A DNA stretch of 64,000 nt from Promethearchaeota archaeon (lineage in GTDB: Archaea > Asgardarchaeota > Lokiarchaeia > Sigyniarchaeales > SOKP01), in NCBI GenBank assembly GCA_019058445.1, contig JAHPZA010000003.1, positions 160,001 through 224,000 on the forward strand, read 5' to 3'. Positions within the stretch are counted from its first letter, which is position 1; each line of letters begins with the position of its first letter. Positions 60,700-64,000 of this stretch are shown here, piece by piece. The notes beneath the pieces are model-generated. The model was not told the origin of the DNA. It did not search any database and saw only the letters and a program-made list of their open reading frames with translations. The position numbers and the translations under genes are program-made.

Positions 60700-61584
60700 T
60701 TATATAAACTCTATGGATATATCTGCATAAGAATCTTCTTTTTTGTCTGATATATGAATTTTTTCAATATTGCATTTAATTGGTACTCCTAGATCATTCG
60801 ACATCTTTGTTTCAATCATTCCCGATATTAAATAAAAATGATAGAGAGAATCAGAATTATTTAAAAATTCTGAATTTTTAAATCTAAATATACCCTTCTT
60901 GCCTGAGCTGTCAATTTTTTGATCCGAAATATGGATTGGTTCAAAAATATAATAAGAGGGAAATACAGTTTTGAATACTTCAAAATGTAATTGTTTGAGG
61001 GGAGAGGTCTTAAAATCCTCCAATTTTTTTATTATATGTTTACTTATTGGAAATTTTACATCACCAAAAATATTGCGTCCGATTTCTTTGAATGTTTTTT
61101 CATTATTCGGAAATTTTATCTTTAAATCTTTAAGGAGAGCCTTATAGAAGGAAACCATAAATTTTTTTGGCACAAATTTCAGTTCTGAACTTTTAAATAG
61201 TGTATATGCTCCAAGTTTATTGCTAAAGATCTTATTCTGGTTTTCAAGAATTACAACATGCTTTCTCACCGAGTCTCTTGGAAACTTAAATTCATATGAA
61301 ATATCTTTAATAGTAACTCCTGATGGATTTTCAGTTATAAAATTTAATATTTTTGACCCAATATCCTTAATAAAATATAAACAGGCCTTACCTATCTCCT
61401 TTTTATACACAATATCTTTTGATTCTAGTCTATTTAAGTATTTAGAAACTGTATTTCTATTACCATTTATCTCTTCTGAAATTTCTGTTATTGTCATTCC
61501 AAAATTATTTTGGTTAAGGCATTCCATAATTTTTTCATTATAGTCGTTAGAGCTCAATTTTGTAACCAATATCTTTAAATACAA
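60700..61584 (-). CDS. Tandem winged-HTH regulator with C-terminal ligand-binding (V4R-like) domain; start uncertain
   Basis: GMTITEIS...RNTVSKYL and GVTIKDIS...RDSVRKHV; FKEIGR...ISGMIE. Confidence 0.75.
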   Translation of the reverse strand: MYLKILVTKLSSNDYNEKIMECLNQNNFGMTITEISEEINGNRNTVSKYLNRLESKDIVYKKEIGKACLYFIKDIGSKILNFITENPSGVTIKDISYEFKFPRDSVRKHVVILENQNKIFSNKLGAYTLFKSSELKFVPKKFMVSFYKALLKDLKIKFPNNEKTFKEIGRNIFGDVKFPISKHIIKKLEDFKTSPLKQLHFEVFKTVFPSYYIFEPIHISDQKIDSSGKKGIFRFKNSEFLNNSDSLYHFYLISGMIETKMSNDLGVPIKCNIEKIHISDKKEDSYADISIEFI

Positions 61585-61594
61585 ATCTATAATT

Positions 61595-61633
61595 AATATG
61601 CATTAATGCATATTTATGTGCGACGATGCATAT
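61595..61633. promoter_or_regulatory. Perfect 20-bp palindrome plus degenerate tandem copy in a divergent promoter
   Basis: AATATGCATTAATGCATATT (61595-61614), then ATGTGCGACGATGCATAT (61616-61633). Confidence 0.7.
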
Positions 61634-61692
61634 ATAAATTATTAATATAAATTAATTTAAAAACTATTGGAAAATTAAGAGAATGAGTTAAA

Positions 61693-63159
61693 ATGTCAAT
61701 CAATTTTGAAAAACTATTTGAAATTATCGATAAAGAAAAAGTAATAACAGATTCAGATTTACTTAGAGAACTTTATTGTAAACCAATATTAGAAAAAACA
61801 AGTGATACTCCAATTATAAGTATTTTACCAGAGAATTCTGACCAGATATCAAAACTAATTCAATATTTCAGAACTTTAATTAATATTAATGTAGTGATTA
61901 TAAGCAGCACGACTTCCCCTAAATTCCTAAACGACACAGTCTGTCATGATAAAACTATAATTTTAGATTTACATGATATGAAACAAGTTCCTTTTATTAA
62001 TAAAAGAAATAGAGTTTGTGTTATAGAGCCAGGGGTAACATGGGCGGAACTAATTCCCAAACTTAAAGAGCATGGTCTTAGGCCATTAGCACCTTTTCTC
62101 CCGAGACCAGGAAAATCAGTTCTCGCTTCCGTTTTAGATCGAGAACCTCATTTAATTGCTAAAAAGCAATGGGATATTTCAGATCCATTGTTATGTATGG
62201 AGGTTGTATTTGGTAATGGAGAAATATTCAGAACGGGAGAAGCGGCAGGTCCATTGGATATCGAAACAAATAGAAAATTTGGGGCTGCTCTAACTAGTCC
62301 CCTAGGCCCTGGTCAAACAGATATTTTTAGAATAATACAAGCTTCTAAAGGTACTTATGGTATTGTATCGTGGATTTCTATGCAATGTGATTTTATCCCT
62401 GCTAAAAGAAAAATCAGATTTATCAATTCAGATTCAATTAAACCACTCACCGAATTTATATACTCCGCAGTAAGAAAACGATGGATTGATGAAATTTTTA
62501 TCATTAATGATAACTTAATGAAAGCTATTTTTCCATCTATAAATGGAAATATTAAGAAATACATTTTGATATTTGCTATAAACGGCTATGAATTATTCCC
62601 TGATGATAAAATCTCTTACCAGATGGAATGTTGCAACGAAATTCTTAGTGAACTTGGCTTTGAAGCAAGTGATAATATCTCAGGGATAACCCAAAATGAG
62701 ATCGAACCTCTTCTTGATGGCAATACAATTGATCCACATCCTAAGTTTTCCGAAACATCCATAGCAATAGATATATTTTATAATACAACCCTAGATCGAG
62801 TGCAAACTCATCTTAATGCAGTCGAAAACATTCTTAACAAGCGTAGTTTTCCAATGGACCGGGTGAATATCTATATGCAACCCTTGATTCAAGCAAGAGC
62901 TGTAAATTTAGAATTTTCAATTATATCAGATAGACCTGATTCTAATAAAATTGAATATTCACTTGAAAAAGTTAGAGCAATAGCTAAGGAAATAGGTCAA
63001 TTTGCGGATTTACATGGGGGATTTTTCTCCCGTTCATATGAACTTATAAATGACTTAGCTTTTACAGATAAAAATCAAGTTTTTCAAGAGGGGCTGAGAA
63101 AATTGAAAAGAATTTTTGATCCTGACATGATTCTCAATAAAGGACAATTAATCTTTTAA
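61693..63159 (+). CDS. FAD-binding oxidoreductase (GlcD/VAO-like)
   Basis: IEPGVT, EVV-x-x-NGEI-x-RTG, GTYGIV, LKRIFDP-x-x-ILN-x-G. Confidence 0.85.
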   Translation: MSINFEKLFEIIDKEKVITDSDLLRELYCKPILEKTSDTPIISILPENSDQISKLIQYFRTLININVVIISSTTSPKFLNDTVCHDKTIILDLHDMKQVPFINKRNRVCVIEPGVTWAELIPKLKEHGLRPLAPFLPRPGKSVLASVLDREPHLIAKKQWDISDPLLCMEVVFGNGEIFRTGEAAGPLDIETNRKFGAALTSPLGPGQTDIFRIIQASKGTYGIVSWISMQCDFIPAKRKIRFINSDSIKPLTEFIYSAVRKRWIDEIFIINDNLMKAIFPSINGNIKKYILIFAINGYELFPDDKISYQMECCNEILSELGFEASDNISGITQNEIEPLLDGNTIDPHPKFSETSIAIDIFYNTTLDRVQTHLNAVENILNKRSFPMDRVNIYMQPLIQARAVNLEFSIISDRPDSNKIEYSLEKVRAIAKEIGQFADLHGGFFSRSYELINDLAFTDKNQVFQEGLRKLKRIFDPDMILNKGQLIF

Positions 63160-63178
63160 TCATTTAAAGGTGATAAAA

Positions 63179-64000
63179 ATGGAAGAAAGCAAAAAATTAT
63201 TAGATAAACATACCGATGAATATTGGAGATGTGCCCGCTGTAGTTTATGTAAATGGCCTCCATTGGCTCAAATAAAATCTGCCGAATTTTCTTCGGTATG
63301 CTGCTCTATGGATTATGGCCTTTTTCACCCTTGGTCTGGAGGTGGAAAAATTGTAATTGGAGCATCTCTGCATTATGATAGATTAGCAATTACTGAGACT
63401 ATGAGGGATGCTGTATTACAATGCACTCTATGTGGGGCATGTGATACATCCTGCAAATACTCTACGGACCTAGAAGTTCTTGATACCATTTTCGATGTAA
63501 GAAGATATATAGTTGAGAGGATTGGTCCTCATCCTTCTCATAGAAAATACGCAGATGCTGCTGAGAAATACAATAATCCTTACGGCGAACCCCATGAGAA
63601 TCGACAAGATTGGATCGGCAAGACGGGCGCCAAATCAAATCCAAATTCAAAAACATTATTTTTTACGGGATGTACCGCTTCATATCGGCAGCAAGATATG
63701 GCCCAAGCTAGTGTGGAAATACTAAATGCTATTGATTATGAGTTCCAGGTCTCTAAAGACGAAATTTGCTGCGGTTCTCCAATTTATAGATCTGGTCAAG
63801 TAGAAACTTCTAAAAAATACATGCAATCTAATATCGAGTTGTTCAATAGATTAGGAGTCGAAGAAGTAATAACTGCGTGTCCTGGATGTTATGCCATGTT
63901 TGTAGCAGAATATCCCCATCAATTAGATGAAGACCACATTAAGTTGTGGAAAAAAATCAAATTCCGTCATATGGTTGAAATAATTGAAGAAGCTATTCGG
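63179..64000 (+). CDS. Fe-S oxidoreductase with CCG domain (HdrD/GlcF-like), truncated by window end
   Basis: Manual translation from ATG 63179 (GGTGA upstream): CARCSLC, CTLCGACDTSC, FTGC, CCGSP, TACPGC. Confidence 0.9.
   Translation, partial: MEESKKLLDKHTDEYWRCARCSLCKWPPLAQIKSAEFSSVCCSMDYGLFHPWSGGGKIVIGASLHYDRLAITETMRDAVLQCTLCGACDTSCKYSTDLEVLDTIFDVRRYIVERIGPHPSHRKYADAAEKYNNPYGEPHENRQDWIGKTGAKSNPNSKTLFFTGCTASYRQQDMAQASVEILNAIDYEFQVSKDEICCGSPIYRSGQVETSKKYMQSNIELFNRLGVEEVITACPGCYAMFVAEYPHQLDEDHIKLWKKIKFRHMVEIIEEAIR

Noticed and set aside
1-64000. tRNA, rRNA, CRISPR arrays, integrases or transposases
   Set aside because: No GC-rich structured intergenic segment, regular repeat array or recombinase motif seen by eye; tRNAscan-SE/Infernal not run.

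Overview
AT-rich archaeal chromosomal segment that looks like Asgard archaea (Lokiarchaeia/Promethearchaeota). The evidence is a Rab-like small GTPase without a lipidation motif, two longin-domain proteins, a TFB paralog, multi-PAS kinase, NosD-type surface protein, standalone 7TM proteins and poly-T terminators. Core metabolism: hypD/E/F, hisF/H, purF, mobA, fwdA, hdrCBA, a glycyl radical enzyme with activase, thiol-redox genes and an FAD/CCG oxidoreductase pair. I found no rRNA, tRNA, CRISPR array or transposase. The main unexplained items are: (1) a CorA/RMD1-like 2-TM protein fused to a Nudix hydrolase; (2) a GNAT-ThiF-7TM-GNAT cluster that could make and sense a small-molecule signal; (3) a TFB paralog divergent from two wHTH paralogs and a single-pass surface protein whose cytoplasmic tail domain also occurs as a standalone ORF; (4) a 145-bp duplicated non-coding element with invariant inverted arms upstream of fwdA and of a permease-ferredoxin fusion; (5) a shared palindromic operator linking an orphan glycyl radical enzyme with a flavoprotein, while the activase lacks a canonical in-frame start. 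All calls come from reading motifs by eye; no searches were run.
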